DNA of 64,000 nt from an uncultured Acidobacteriota bacterium (GCA_963777605.1 CAVZRV010000008.1:32001-96000); one strand, 5' to 3'. Numbered from the stretch's first letter, positions 10,155 through 20,376 are shown. Program-made: numbers and translations. The notes: generated by a model not told the origin, from the letters alone.

Positions 10155-10871
10155 GTGAGCAATACGGTGACGTTTATTTTGGACGGGGAGGTCGTTGAGG
10201 CGACGGCCGGCCAGACCATTCTGGAGGCTGCCGAGGCTGCGGGCAAGTATATCCCGAGGCTCTGCGCTCACCCCGAATTGACTCCTCACGGCAGTTGCCG
10301 GGTCTGTACTGTTCTTGTGAATGGTCGCCCCCAGGCTTCGTGCACGCAGCCGGTGGCCGACGGGATCATGGTGGAGAGCGAGTCGGCGGCCGTCCGTCAG
10401 TTGCGCATCGACATCATTGAGATGCTTTTCGTCGAAGGCAACCACTACTGCATGTTCTGCGAGAAGAGCGGAAATTGTGAGCTTCAGGCTCTGGCCTACC
10501 GTTTTGGGATCACGGCCCCCAAGTACCCCTACCAGTTTCCCAAAAGAGCACTCGATGCCGGACATCCCGGTGTCTTCCTGGATCGCAACCGCTGCATTTT
10601 GTGCGGACGCTGCGTCCGGGCGTCCGGTGAACTGGACGGCAAGAACGTGTTTCAGTTCGCGGGACGGGGTAAGGAGAAGCGCATCGCGGTCAATTCTTCA
10701 GCCGGGCTGAAGGGGACGGATCTCGAAGCGATTGATCGTGCGGTGGATGTTTGCCCGGTCGGCGCAATCCTGAAAAAGCACCAGGGTTACCGGATTCCGA
10801 TCGGTGACAGGCTTTATGACCTGGAACCGATCGGCTCGAAGATTGAGGCCTCTGGTTCCGAGAGAGGTTAG
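10155..10871 (+). CDS. hoxU: NAD-reducing hydrogenase diaphorase small subunit (NuoG N-terminal-like)
   Basis: IPRLC..GSCRVC..ASC, HYCMFCEKSGNCELQ, CILCGRCVR, CPVGAI. Confidence 0.95.
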   Translation: MSNTVTFILDGEVVEATAGQTILEAAEAAGKYIPRLCAHPELTPHGSCRVCTVLVNGRPQASCTQPVADGIMVESESAAVRQLRIDIIEMLFVEGNHYCMFCEKSGNCELQALAYRFGITAPKYPYQFPKRALDAGHPGVFLDRNRCILCGRCVRASGELDGKNVFQFAGRGKEKRIAVNSSAGLKGTDLEAIDRAVDVCPVGAILKKHQGYRIPIGDRLYDLEPIGSKIEASGSERG

Positions 10872-10881
10872 AGGAGGACTG

Positions 10882-11427
10882 ATGGCCAAGAGCAAAATCG
10901 CAACAACTTCATTGGCAGGTTGCTTCGGTTGTCACATGTCGCTCCTCGACATCGACGAGCGAATCTTTGATCTGGTGGAGCTCGTGGAATTCGGGAAGTC
11001 GCCCATCAACGACATCAAGAAGTTTGACGGCCGCTGCCTTGTCGGACTGATCGAGGGCGGCTGCTGCAACTCGGAAAACGTCGAAGTGCTGAAGGACTTC
11101 CGGCGCCACTGCGACATACTCATTTCCGTGGGCGATTGCGCAATCATGGGAGGCATCCCGGCGATGCGGAACCAGGTGCCCCTCGACGAGTGCCTCGCCG
11201 AGGCCTACCTGGACGGGCCGACGGTTTACAACCCCTCGGGGAAGGTGCCGAACGACCCGGAAATACCACTGCTTCTCAACCAGGTCTTCCCCTGCCACGA
11301 GGTGGTGAAAATCGACTATTTCATCCCCGGATGTCCTCCTCCGGCCGACACTCTGTGGGAAGCACTGACGGCCCTGCTCAACAACAAGCCGCTTGAGCTG
11401 CCGTATGCGCTGATCAAGTACGACTGA
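10882..11427 (+). CDS. hoxY: [NiFe]-hydrogenase small subunit, group 3d
   Basis: GCFGCHMS, GDCA..GG, PGCPP; RBS GAGGAGG before ATG 10882. Confidence 0.95.
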   Translation: MAKSKIATTSLAGCFGCHMSLLDIDERIFDLVELVEFGKSPINDIKKFDGRCLVGLIEGGCCNSENVEVLKDFRRHCDILISVGDCAIMGGIPAMRNQVPLDECLAEAYLDGPTVYNPSGKVPNDPEIPLLLNQVFPCHEVVKIDYFIPGCPPPADTLWEALTALLNNKPLELPYALIKYD

Positions 11428-11441
11428 GACGGGAGCGTGAT

Positions 11442-12881
11442 ATGACGTCTTCAACACGCAGGATTGTCATTGAACCTGTGACCCGTGTCGAAGGACATGG
11501 GAAAGTAACGATTTTGATGGACGAGGAGAACCGCGTTAAACAGGCGCGTTTGCACATCGTCGAGTTTCGGGGTTTCGAACGTTTTATACAGGGCCGTCCC
11601 TACTGGGAGGTCCCCGTTATCGTCCAGAGGCTGTGCGGGATCTGCCCAGTCAGCCACCATCTCGCTGCTGCCAAGGCGATGGATCGCATCGTTGGCGGAG
11701 AAAACCTGACGCCGACCGCTCTGAAGATGCGGTTGCTCATGCACCATGGTCAGTTTCTCCAGTCCCACGCGCTTCACTTCTTTCACCTGTCTTCTCCCGA
11801 CCTCCTCTTCGGTTTTGACGCCGAAGTGGGACAGCGAAACGTTATCGCCGTGGCCGGCAAGTACCCGGAACTGGCAAGACAGGGTGTGTTGTTGCGCCAG
11901 TTCGGCCAGGAGATCATTCAGGCCACCGCCGGGAAGAAGATCCATGGCACCGGCGCAATTCCGGGGGGGATCAACAAAAACCTGTCGATTGCAGAGCGAG
12001 ACCGATTCCTGGCCCGGATGGACCAGATTCTCGACTGGTCGCGGGGAGCCTTGAACCTGGCCCGTGATTTCACTCTCGAGCACATCGAAACGCTCGCCCC
12101 GTTCGGCTCCTTCCCCTCCAACCACGTCTCCATCGTTCGGCCGGACGGTGCCTACGACATCTACAACGGCGGGTTGCGCGCAACCGACGCGTTGGGAACC
12201 CGTATCTTCGACCATGTGGACAACCAGAAGTACAACAAGTACATCGCCGAAGAAGTGCGTTCCTGGTCGTACATGAAGTTCCCGTTTATCCGGTCGCTGG
12301 GACCGGAGCTCGGGTGGTATCGGGTCGGCCCGCTGCCTCGCGTCAACAATTGCGATTACTTCGACACGCCCGAAGCCGAATCCGCCCGCGAAGTCTTCAA
12401 GTCAACGGCCGACGGGAAGCCGAGTAACGTCACGATGGCCTATCACTGGGCCCGGATGATCGAGATGCTTCACTCAGCCGAGATGATCAATCGTCTCCTC
12501 AACGACGGCGACTTGCAGGGAGACGACCTGGTCGTGTCCGGAAGCCGACGGGAAGAGGCGGTGGGTATCATCGAGGCGCCACGAGGGACCCTGTTCCATC
12601 ACTACCGGGTGAATGCCGACGACCAGGTCGTACAGGCAAACCTGATCGTCTCCACAACCAACAACAACGAGCCCATGAACCGTGCCGTCCAACGGGTCGC
12701 GGAGGATCATCTTTCTGGAAAGCCCGAGATCACTGAAGGTCTCCTGAATCATATCGAAGTCGCGATTCGGGCCTATGATCCCTGCCTCTCCTGTGCCACT
12801 CACGCCATGGGCCAGATGCCCCTGGCGATAGAATTGCGGTCGCCGGAGGGGGGTCTTCTCGACAGGAAGGTTCGGGGATGA
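11442..12881 (+). CDS. hoxH: [NiFe]-hydrogenase large subunit, group 3d
   Basis: TRVEGHGK, L1 QRLCGICPVSHH, EAPRGTL.HHY, L2 YDPCLSCATH followed by a cleavable C-terminal extension. Confidence 0.96.
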   Translation: MTSSTRRIVIEPVTRVEGHGKVTILMDEENRVKQARLHIVEFRGFERFIQGRPYWEVPVIVQRLCGICPVSHHLAAAKAMDRIVGGENLTPTALKMRLLMHHGQFLQSHALHFFHLSSPDLLFGFDAEVGQRNVIAVAGKYPELARQGVLLRQFGQEIIQATAGKKIHGTGAIPGGINKNLSIAERDRFLARMDQILDWSRGALNLARDFTLEHIETLAPFGSFPSNHVSIVRPDGAYDIYNGGLRATDALGTRIFDHVDNQKYNKYIAEEVRSWSYMKFPFIRSLGPELGWYRVGPLPRVNNCDYFDTPEAESAREVFKSTADGKPSNVTMAYHWARMIEMLHSAEMINRLLNDGDLQGDDLVVSGSRREEAVGIIEAPRGTLFHHYRVNADDQVVQANLIVSTTNNNEPMNRAVQRVAEDHLSGKPEITEGLLNHIEVAIRAYDPCLSCATHAMGQMPLAIELRSPEGGLLDRKVRG

Positions 12882-13381
12882 GAACGACACCCCAAGGAGT
12901 GCTGGTACTCTGCTACGGTAATCCGAGCCGTCTCGATGACGCCATTGGGGCCGTTTTCGCCCGGGCCCTCGAACAGTCGGTACCCGACGGCGTCACTGTC
13001 GAAACCGATTACCAGCTTTCCGTCGAACACGCTTTGAAGATCGCAGATCACGAGATCGTGATTTTTGTTGATGCGGCCGTAAGCGGCCCCGAACCGTTCG
13101 CCTTCCGGCGGGTACACCCCAAGTTTGGGGCATCCTTCACGACTCACAGCATTGAACCCGAGAGCCTGATGGGGCTGGCCCGGGAGCTGTTCGACGCCAA
13201 AGCACAGGGGTACACTCTGGGCATCCGTGGATACGAGTTCGACGATTTCGGTGAATCCCTTTCACCCAGTGCTCGAGCCAATCTGGACGCCGCCGTCGGC
13301 TTCGTGCTCGAACTCCTGGGAAGTCGCAGGTTTGAAGAGTCCGCAAGGGTATTCGACAGCCCTCCGACTCATCCCTGCTGA
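12878..13381 (+). CDS. hoxW: Hydrogenase maturation protease
   Basis: YGNPSRLDDAIG, IFVDA, TTHS; ATGA overlap with hoxH. Confidence 0.9.
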   Translation: MRTTPQGVLVLCYGNPSRLDDAIGAVFARALEQSVPDGVTVETDYQLSVEHALKIADHEIVIFVDAAVSGPEPFAFRRVHPKFGASFTTHSIEPESLMGLARELFDAKAQGYTLGIRGYEFDDFGESLSPSARANLDAAVGFVLELLGSRRFEESARVFDSPPTHPC

Positions 13382-13394
13382 TACGGAGTGCAAT

Positions 13395-13772
13395 ATGCGA
13401 AACGGCCAACACGTGATTCTCTGCATTGACGATGATCCGGATATCCTGGAGTCACTCCGGGTGGTTCTGGAGGCAAACGGGTACGCCGTGGAGACGGCGC
13501 CGAGTGCGGAATCGGGTCTTCAAAAATACCACGAGACGTCGCCGGACCTGATCATCGTGGACCTGATGATGGAGGAAATCGACGCCGGAACCAATTTCGT
13601 CACGGAGTTGAAAGCACTGGGCAATCAAGCTCCTATTTACATGCTCAGCTCGACCGGAGACAATCTTTACGGCACAGTCAGTTACAGCGATCTGGGATTG
13701 ACCGGAGTCTTCCAGAAACCTCTAAATCCCGAAGTTCTGCTCGCGCTGCTGAAAGCCAAGCTGAAAGACTAG
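13395..13772 (+). CDS. Stand-alone response regulator receiver domain
   Basis: ILCIDDD, PDLIIVDLMM, MLSS, FQKP; no output domain. Confidence 0.9.
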   Translation: MRNGQHVILCIDDDPDILESLRVVLEANGYAVETAPSAESGLQKYHETSPDLIIVDLMMEEIDAGTNFVTELKALGNQAPIYMLSSTGDNLYGTVSYSDLGLTGVFQKPLNPEVLLALLKAKLKD

Positions 13773-13811
13773 ATTCAGACGACTGGTTTCTGACTGGAAA
13801 CGGGAAGCTCC

Positions 13812-15734
13812 ATGATCTCACGAGGAGGAACTCCCGTTCTGATTCCTTTGGAACGGGAGCTACAGGAACGGCTCGCGTGGTTCATCGGAATGCGATGGGT
13901 AGCGGCCGCGGGTATCCTCGCAGGGACCTGGATCGCGCATGCCCTCCTTGTGCCCGACCTGCCGACCGTTCCCCTTTACGCCACCGCCTTGGTCGTCCTC
14001 TTTTACAACCTGGTCTTCCTGAAGTTCCGATCCGGAATCGAGAACGACCAGGCGGCACTGAAACGGTTCGTCTACGAGCAGATCCTCCTCGACTGGATCG
14101 CCCTCGCCATCATTGTTCATCTGTCGGGGGGCATCCGGAGCCCGGTTACACTTGCCTTCACTTTTCACCTGATCATTGGGGCCATTTTGCTGTCCCCTCG
14201 ATCGTGCTACTACCTGACTGTTGCCGCCAGTCTTCTCCTGGTCGTCCTGACCCTGCTGGAGGGCGGCAGCCTGGCGGTATCTTCCTCGCTCCAGAAAATT
14301 TACGCTGATTCTGCTGACCCGTTCTTGAGCGGATTCTGGCGATGGTTCATCCTCACAGTCTTCTTCCTCGTTGTCACTTACCTCGCGACCTCCATTACGG
14401 CGAAGCTGCGGGAAAAAGAAAATGCCCTTTTCGCTTCCCAACAGGCGCTGGATCGCGCCTACCACGAGATGGAGGCCCTTCACGAACTGGGGAAGGTCGT
14501 CAATTCGACGCTCAACATCGAGGAAGTACTGGTGCTCATCGCCGAGCATGCCGCCAAGCTCCTCAACATGAGAGCGTGTTTCATCCGTCTCTTCGACAAG
14601 ACCGGGACGCGCCTCTACATCGGCGGAGCCTACGGTCTCAGCGAGGCCTATCTCAACAAGGGCCCGGTTGAAGTAGCGAAAAGCCTGATCGACCTGGAGG
14701 CACTTCGGGGCGGGGCGATCCAGGTGCTCGAGGTAGCCGAAGACCTCCGATTCCAATACCGCGAGGAGGCACGAAAGGAAGGCCTGCGTTCGATGCTCTC
14801 GGTTCCCGTCGAGGCGAAGAGCCGCGTGCTTGGAGTGATTCGAGTCTACTCGGGTGAACCTCACGTGTTCAGTGAGTTGGAACAGCGGTTCCTCCGCAAC
14901 CTGGCCAACCTCGGAGCGGTCGCGATTGAGAATGCCCGTTCCTACGCCGAGCTCAAGAACCTCAACGACGAAAAAGTCTGGTTCGCCCGCATGACTCACC
15001 ACCAGCTTCGCAGCCCGCTGGCGGCGATCCACGGGACTCTCGACGCTCTCCCCTACGCCGGCCCCTTGACCCCCAAGCAGCAGGAACTGGTGGACCGGTC
15101 GAAACGTCGAATTCAGGATGCCTTCGACATCATTGGGGACTTTCTCGACCTGGCGGCGGCCCAGCGCCCCCGGGAAATCAAGGCAATCGAGCCGGTTGAG
15201 CTCAATGAGGCCCTCCAGCGTGCGGTGGAATCTGCCCGCGAGATGGCTCAGGGCAAGGGGGTCGAGTTTTCCAGCAAAATCGAGTCCGGCCTGGAGATTC
15301 GCGTGGAGACAGCGGACCTGGACCGGATCTTCTCGAATCTGCTCGAGAACGCGGTCAAGTACACTCCGGCCGGGGGCCATGTCGGGATCGTTGCCGAGCC
15401 TTTCCGGGAAGGCTTCATCCGGGTGGAAGTCTCCGACACCGGGATTGGAATCCCGAAGGACCAGCAGAAGCGGGTCTTCGAAGGCTTCTATCGCACTCGT
15501 GAAGCCAAGGCTACCGGTGCCGTCGGTACCGGACTGGGGCTGTCGATCGTTCAGACGCTGGCAGAGCGGATCGGAGCCCGCCTTGAACTGGAGAGCGAGC
15601 CCGGCAAGGGAACCCGGTTCAGGGTCTTCGTCCCCACCTCTACTTCGACCGTTCCGAAGCGGGCGGAAGGATGCCCGCCACCAGATGGGAGGGGAACTCG
15701 GATGAACGGTAAATCCTCTGCCGCGCAGGAATGA
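13812..15734 (+). CDS. Membrane sensor histidine kinase (TM bundle-GAF-HisKA-HATPase)
   Basis: N-terminal TMs; GAF ending LANLGAVAIENAR; H-box HHQLRSPL; NLLENAVKY, DTGIGI, GTGLGL. Confidence 0.92.
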   Translation: MISRGGTPVLIPLERELQERLAWFIGMRWVAAAGILAGTWIAHALLVPDLPTVPLYATALVVLFYNLVFLKFRSGIENDQAALKRFVYEQILLDWIALAIIVHLSGGIRSPVTLAFTFHLIIGAILLSPRSCYYLTVAASLLLVVLTLLEGGSLAVSSSLQKIYADSADPFLSGFWRWFILTVFFLVVTYLATSITAKLREKENALFASQQALDRAYHEMEALHELGKVVNSTLNIEEVLVLIAEHAAKLLNMRACFIRLFDKTGTRLYIGGAYGLSEAYLNKGPVEVAKSLIDLEALRGGAIQVLEVAEDLRFQYREEARKEGLRSMLSVPVEAKSRVLGVIRVYSGEPHVFSELEQRFLRNLANLGAVAIENARSYAELKNLNDEKVWFARMTHHQLRSPLAAIHGTLDALPYAGPLTPKQQELVDRSKRRIQDAFDIIGDFLDLAAAQRPREIKAIEPVELNEALQRAVESAREMAQGKGVEFSSKIESGLEIRVETADLDRIFSNLLENAVKYTPAGGHVGIVAEPFREGFIRVEVSDTGIGIPKDQQKRVFEGFYRTREAKATGAVGTGLGLSIVQTLAERIGARLELESEPGKGTRFRVFVPTSTSTVPKRAEGCPPPDGRGTRMNGKSSAAQE

Positions 15735-17553
15735 AGTCCCCGTTTGACGCCTTGTAAATGTTGTCGACGTAGCTTTGCGGGTTGATGTCTACCAGGGGGA
15801 ACCAGGTGCTCTGGACCTGGACCATGAGGCGGTGCCCCTTCCGGAACGTGTGCAGGACATCGAGCAGTTCGAGTTGAAGGTGGGCCGGTTGATCGGGCGT
15901 AAATGGTTCGGGACTGGAGGGGCTCTTCCGAAACCGACCGCGGAGAACTTCGCTTCGAACCATCATCTGGAAGTTCCCCAGGTGAGTATCACTGGCCATC
16001 TTTGGGAAGTCCTCGGAATCCTCGGGGAAAACGTCGATCAGCTTGACGACCCAGTCGGAGGCGGTCCCGGAAGTGGAGACCCAGAGATCGGCCGTCATGG
16101 GCCCGGCCAGGGTGAGGTCTGCTTCGAGAGGCTGGGTCTGGTAGGTGAGGACGTCGGGGCGTCGAGCGGCAAACCGCTGGTCGTCGGTCATGTATTCCGT
16201 GGTCATGTAAGGTGAGATGGCCTCGGTGAAGGGGACCGGCTTGGCTGGGTCACTGACGTACTCGTCGTACGTCCACCCGTCTGCGACCGGGGCTTTCTCT
16301 GAGAGAGAACCCTCGGGTCCCAGGTAGATCGAGCGCTGCGACACGGTCGAAGGCGGCCAGTGATCGAAAGTCCTCCAACGGTTGGTCCCCGTTTCGAACA
16401 TGGAGGCTTCCGGCAGGGCGGGGCCCTCCCCTCCTTTCAGAAAGTACTTGAAGAACGGCAGTTCGATCTTTTCCCTGAAGTAGACCGAGGTCTGCGACCC
16501 GAAATCGACATTGCCGAGTCTCTCTCCGTCCTGCCTCGCCCATGCTCCGTGAGACCACGGGCCCATGACGATGACGTTGAAAACCGAGGGGTTCTTGCCC
16601 TCGACACTCCGATAGATCTTCAATGAGCCGTAGAGATCTTCGGCATCGAACCATCCTCCAACGATCATTACCGCCGGGGCTACGTGCTTCAGGTGCGGAA
16701 GAAGGTTCCGGGCCTGCCAGAATTCATCGTAGTTTGGGTGCTCCGTCATATCGGTCCAAATCGGGACGCGGCCGCCCAGGTAGTCGGGTTTCTGGGCATT
16801 TTTGAGCGGTCCCATCGCTTTGAAGAACTCGTAACCGTCAGGAGTTCCGAAGTCGAACCGGGGGTTGGAGTCCTTGGTCAGGCCCTCTCGAGGAATCCCG
16901 AACGAGGAGAGGAACCCGAATGCGTGGGCCAGGAAGAACGCCCCGTGATGGTGAAAATCATCGTAGAACCAGTCGGCGATTGGTGCCTGGGGCGAGACTG
17001 CGGCCAGCGCCGGGTGGGCGTTGATCATGCCGGCGGCAGCGTAGAACCCGGGATAACTGATCCCCCACATCCCCACCTTCCCGTTATGGTGCCGAAGATG
17101 CTTGACCAGCCACTCAATCGTGTCGCGGGTGTCGGTGCTTTCGTCAACCGCGGTTGCAGGTACCGGCTGCTTGAGTTGAGGCCGCATGTCCACGAACTGT
17201 CCTTCGGACATGTAAGCTCCCCGGACATCCTGCAGAACGAAGATGAATTTCTCGAAGTCGAACAGGGGGTTCGGTCCCAACACGTTCGGGTAGTGTGACT
17301 CACCGTAAGGGCCAACCCCATACGGAGTTCGCTTGAGGAGGATGGGATAGTCCTGGCGCCGGTCGCGCGGAGTGTAAATGGCGGTAAAGAGCTGGACGCC
17401 ATCCCGCATCGTGATGCGGACTTCCCGCTTTTCGTAGTTTTCCCTGAGGAATTCTTCTCCGAAGCTGCGCGCCAGGCAATTGCCCGCACTCAGGACCAGA
17501 ATCCAGAAAACCGTCCCGACGACCCATCGCTTGCCCATTACCCGTCCCTTCAT
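15640..17553 (-). CDS. CocE/NonD family serine hydrolase (alpha-amino acid ester hydrolase / glutaryl-7-ACA acylase-like)
   Basis: Signal peptide; MRDGVQL, RTPYG, QDVRG, GISYPG nucleophile, GGWFDAED, GPWSHG. Confidence 0.93.
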   Translation of the reverse strand: MKGRVMGKRWVVGTVFWILVLSAGNCLARSFGEEFLRENYEKREVRITMRDGVQLFTAIYTPRDRRQDYPILLKRTPYGVGPYGESHYPNVLGPNPLFDFEKFIFVLQDVRGAYMSEGQFVDMRPQLKQPVPATAVDESTDTRDTIEWLVKHLRHHNGKVGMWGISYPGFYAAAGMINAHPALAAVSPQAPIADWFYDDFHHHGAFFLAHAFGFLSSFGIPREGLTKDSNPRFDFGTPDGYEFFKAMGPLKNAQKPDYLGGRVPIWTDMTEHPNYDEFWQARNLLPHLKHVAPAVMIVGGWFDAEDLYGSLKIYRSVEGKNPSVFNVIVMGPWSHGAWARQDGERLGNVDFGSQTSVYFREKIELPFFKYFLKGGEGPALPEASMFETGTNRWRTFDHWPPSTVSQRSIYLGPEGSLSEKAPVADGWTYDEYVSDPAKPVPFTEAISPYMTTEYMTDDQRFAARRPDVLTYQTQPLEADLTLAGPMTADLWVSTSGTASDWVVKLIDVFPEDSEDFPKMASDTHLGNFQMMVRSEVLRGRFRKSPSSPEPFTPDQPAHLQLELLDVLHTFRKGHRLMVQVQSTWFPLVDINPQSYVDNIYKASNGDFIPARQRIYRSSEFPSHLVAGILPPASERSK

Positions 17554-17709
17554 TGCATTGAAGTCCCCAAGGATAAAGCATTGAGGCGCAACGATCTACC
17601 CGGACGCCAGGGATCAGCGACTGGTTGGGACGGTCTGGCCGGTGAGACTTCCTCAGAGGAGCCATGCCACGGCGAATCTGCGTAGCAGGATCCGAGCCTC
17701 AGGGACTCC

Positions 17710-19455
17710 TCAGGCTGGTACGGAAGTCCGGTTGGGAACAACGCGCGGAACCTGGATGAATGCGACTACCGCTTCAACGGTCATCCAGAGGGCAAGAACG
17801 AAGATCAGGCCACCAATCGAGGTCAGTAGCCAGTTTCCCGATGTAATGTAGCGCAATTCATTCTCGACCATCGCCCAATTGGTCACGACAAGCATGAACA
17901 GGCAAGGGATGCCGGTAAACAGGTACTTGAGCCCACCCTGATGGCGAAGATACAGCGTGACAACCAGGAGTGCCAGCCCCGCCAGCAGTTGGTTGGCACT
18001 GCCGAAAAGCGGCCAGAGGCGCATCGCACCGGTACCATCGGTTCCCGAGGCAAAGGCGAGCACAGCCGCGGTCACGACAGCAAACGAGGTAGCAGCCCAG
18101 CGGTTGGAAAGCCGTGGGACGCCGATGTCATTGGCCAGTTCGCTTACCACGTATCTCTGCAGCCGGACGGCCGTGTCGAGAGATGTGCCGGCAAACGAGG
18201 CAATGAAAACCCCCATCACCGTTACCCCGAAGCTGGCTGGTATTCCGGTGGTCGCCATGAGATTGGCAGCTCCCTGAATGACCGGGGCAATCTTGTCGGC
18301 GAGACCCTTGTCACCGATCCAGCTTCCGTAGTAGTGGTTCCAGGCCCCCACTCCCTGCAGTACGGTGCCATCCGCCAGGTGCAGGCCCATCCCAATGCCG
18401 GCACCGATGCTGATAATCACCATGACGGCCAGCAAGCCTTCCACGAGCATGGATCCGTAGCCCACCAGAAGGCTGTCCGACTCGTTTCTCAGCTGCTTCG
18501 GGCTGGTGCCTGAGGCCACCAGTGAGTGAAATCCGCTGATCGCTCCGCAGGCAATGATCACGAACATGGCCGGCCAGATCGACGGAGTGTTTGCCGGAGG
18601 AGTCGGGTTCACGGCCGGCGCCGCCATCGACAGGTCTGTGGTCAGTGAAGCCACCAGCGTTCCGGCGGCAAGGAGGCCCATTGCCACCATCAATTGCCAC
18701 GCGTTGATGTAATCCCTGGGCTGGAGCAACGTCTTCACCGAGATTGTCGAGGCTATCCAGCAGTAACCGAGCAGCACGGCCACCCAGAAACCCGTGGCTG
18801 GAAGGCCGGCCACCGTGGTCAGCTTGATCGGCATCCAACTGCCGATCAAAACCGTTGCGTACATTGCAGCTACGGCCACAAGAGTGGCCCGTCCCTGTCG
18901 AAATCCCCAGTTGTAAACCGCTCTGCCCAGGATTACTGCAATCGGGATTTGAAGCCAGACCGGGAAGACGGACGTGGGGAATAGTGTGAACACTGCTGCG
19001 ATCACAACTCCAAAGACAGCGATGACGATCAGCACGGTCAGGAAAACTACCGCGAAGAAGATGAAGCGAACCCGGGAGTTGATGAAACGGGCCGCAACCT
19101 CGGAGATGCTCTGACCGCGATTTCGAAGAGAGACCACCAGGGTCCCGAGGTCATGAACGGCACCCATGAAGATGCTCCCGAACACAACCCAGAGGATTGC
19201 CGGAAGCCAACCCCAGATGATGCCGATCGCAGGTCCTACGATTGGTCCCGTTCCGGCGATCGACGTGAAATGGTGTCCAAAGACGATTCCCTTGCTGGTC
19301 GGCACATAGTCGATTCCGTCCTCGAATTCGCTCGACGGGACGGTGGCCCCAGGATCGAGTTGGAAGATCCTTCGCGCCAGGAACTTACCGTACGTGTGGT
19401 AGGCGACGTAATAGGCAAGGGCACAAACGATCAACAAGAACAAAACATTCATCAT
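17710..19455 (-). CDS. cstA: Carbon starvation protein A family transporter
   Basis: DGIDYVPT, GHHFTSIAGTGPIVGP, LLQPRDYIN, IACGAISGFHSL, WPLFGSANQLLA. Confidence 0.95.
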   Translation of the reverse strand: MMNVLFLLIVCALAYYVAYHTYGKFLARRIFQLDPGATVPSSEFEDGIDYVPTSKGIVFGHHFTSIAGTGPIVGPAIGIIWGWLPAILWVVFGSIFMGAVHDLGTLVVSLRNRGQSISEVAARFINSRVRFIFFAVVFLTVLIVIAVFGVVIAAVFTLFPTSVFPVWLQIPIAVILGRAVYNWGFRQGRATLVAVAAMYATVLIGSWMPIKLTTVAGLPATGFWVAVLLGYCWIASTISVKTLLQPRDYINAWQLMVAMGLLAAGTLVASLTTDLSMAAPAVNPTPPANTPSIWPAMFVIIACGAISGFHSLVASGTSPKQLRNESDSLLVGYGSMLVEGLLAVMVIISIGAGIGMGLHLADGTVLQGVGAWNHYYGSWIGDKGLADKIAPVIQGAANLMATTGIPASFGVTVMGVFIASFAGTSLDTAVRLQRYVVSELANDIGVPRLSNRWAATSFAVVTAAVLAFASGTDGTGAMRLWPLFGSANQLLAGLALLVVTLYLRHQGGLKYLFTGIPCLFMLVVTNWAMVENELRYITSGNWLLTSIGGLIFVLALWMTVEAVVAFIQVPRVVPNRTSVPA

Positions 19456-19566
19456 CGGCTCCGTTAGCGAAGTCTCGGGCGCGGGAAAGGAATGCTGCGC
19501 AGGATTGTATCAGGATCGGCCGGAGAAGCCAGGGTTCGGGACAGACGGAGAAAGTCCGCCCGGATT

Positions 19567-20376
19567 TCATCTAAACCGGACTTCGTAAATCCTCGGCCAC
19601 AGTTTACCGGTGAGGAGGAACGATTTCCGGGACGGATCGTAGGCGATCCCGTTGAGAACGTCTTCCCCAGCCTTGGGCCGGTAGGGAAGGCTGGATGCAT
19701 CAATGACCGCGTTCACCACACCAGTAGAGGGGTCGATCCTGACAATGTCTGTGGTATGCCAGACGTTGGCGTAAATCTCACCTTCCAGGAACTCGAGTTC
19801 GTTGAGCAGCTCGACCGGCTTCCCGTCGAGCGTCACCGGGAGTCGTCGCCAGACCGCGAAGGTCGACGGGTCCCGAAAAGTCAGCGAGCTGGAACCATCG
19901 CTCATTACGAGCCAGCTCCCGTCGGTGGTGAGCCCCCACCCTTCCCCGTCGTACTTGACCCGCCCGACTTCCTTGAAGGAAGCGCGATCGTAAATGAAGG
20001 CAACGCCCGACTGCCAGGTGATCTGGACCAGGTGGTTTCTGTCGAAGGTCAGTCCTTCCCCGAAGAAGTAGGGTGAGAGACGCACTTCCCGGATGACCTT
20101 CCCGTCGGACAACCGGACCTTGCGGAGCCTGGAAAGCCCGTACTGTCCGGTGCTTTCGTAAACGTAATCACCGTCGCAGACGAGCCCCTGGGTAAACGAT
20201 CCGGTATCATGGGGATATTCGGCGATGACTTCGACGGTGAGATGCTGGACTCCGTCGGAGGAAGCGGAGGATGCCCCGCAGGAAAGAAACAGGAGCGAAA
20301 GTGCGAGAGGCGCAAGCAGAACCGGAGCTACATTCTTGATCCAGATGAAAAGCTGCAAAGTGTCGAACTCCATCAC
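19567..20376 (-). CDS. Glutaminyl-peptide cyclotransferase (beta-propeller, type I), probable lipoprotein
   Basis: PHD..FTQGL, ESTGQYG.S, FGEGL, QITW, EGWGL, SDGS, LNELE, ANVW, VLNGIAYD, TGKLWP; start uncertain. Confidence 0.92.
   Translation of the reverse strand: MMEFDTLQLFIWIKNVAPVLLAPLALSLLFLSCGASSASSDGVQHLTVEVIAEYPHDTGSFTQGLVCDGDYVYESTGQYGLSRLRKVRLSDGKVIREVRLSPYFFGEGLTFDRNHLVQITWQSGVAFIYDRASFKEVGRVKYDGEGWGLTTDGSWLVMSDGSSSLTFRDPSTFAVWRRLPVTLDGKPVELLNELEFLEGEIYANVWHTTDIVRIDPSTGVVNAVIDASSLPYRPKAGEDVLNGIAYDPSRKSFLLTGKLWPRIYEVRFR

Noticed and set aside
15640-15734. 95-bp convergent overlap of the kinase and CocE genes as a functional dual-coding region
   Set aside because: The overlapping kinase tail lies beyond the HATPase domain and looks like unconstrained extension.
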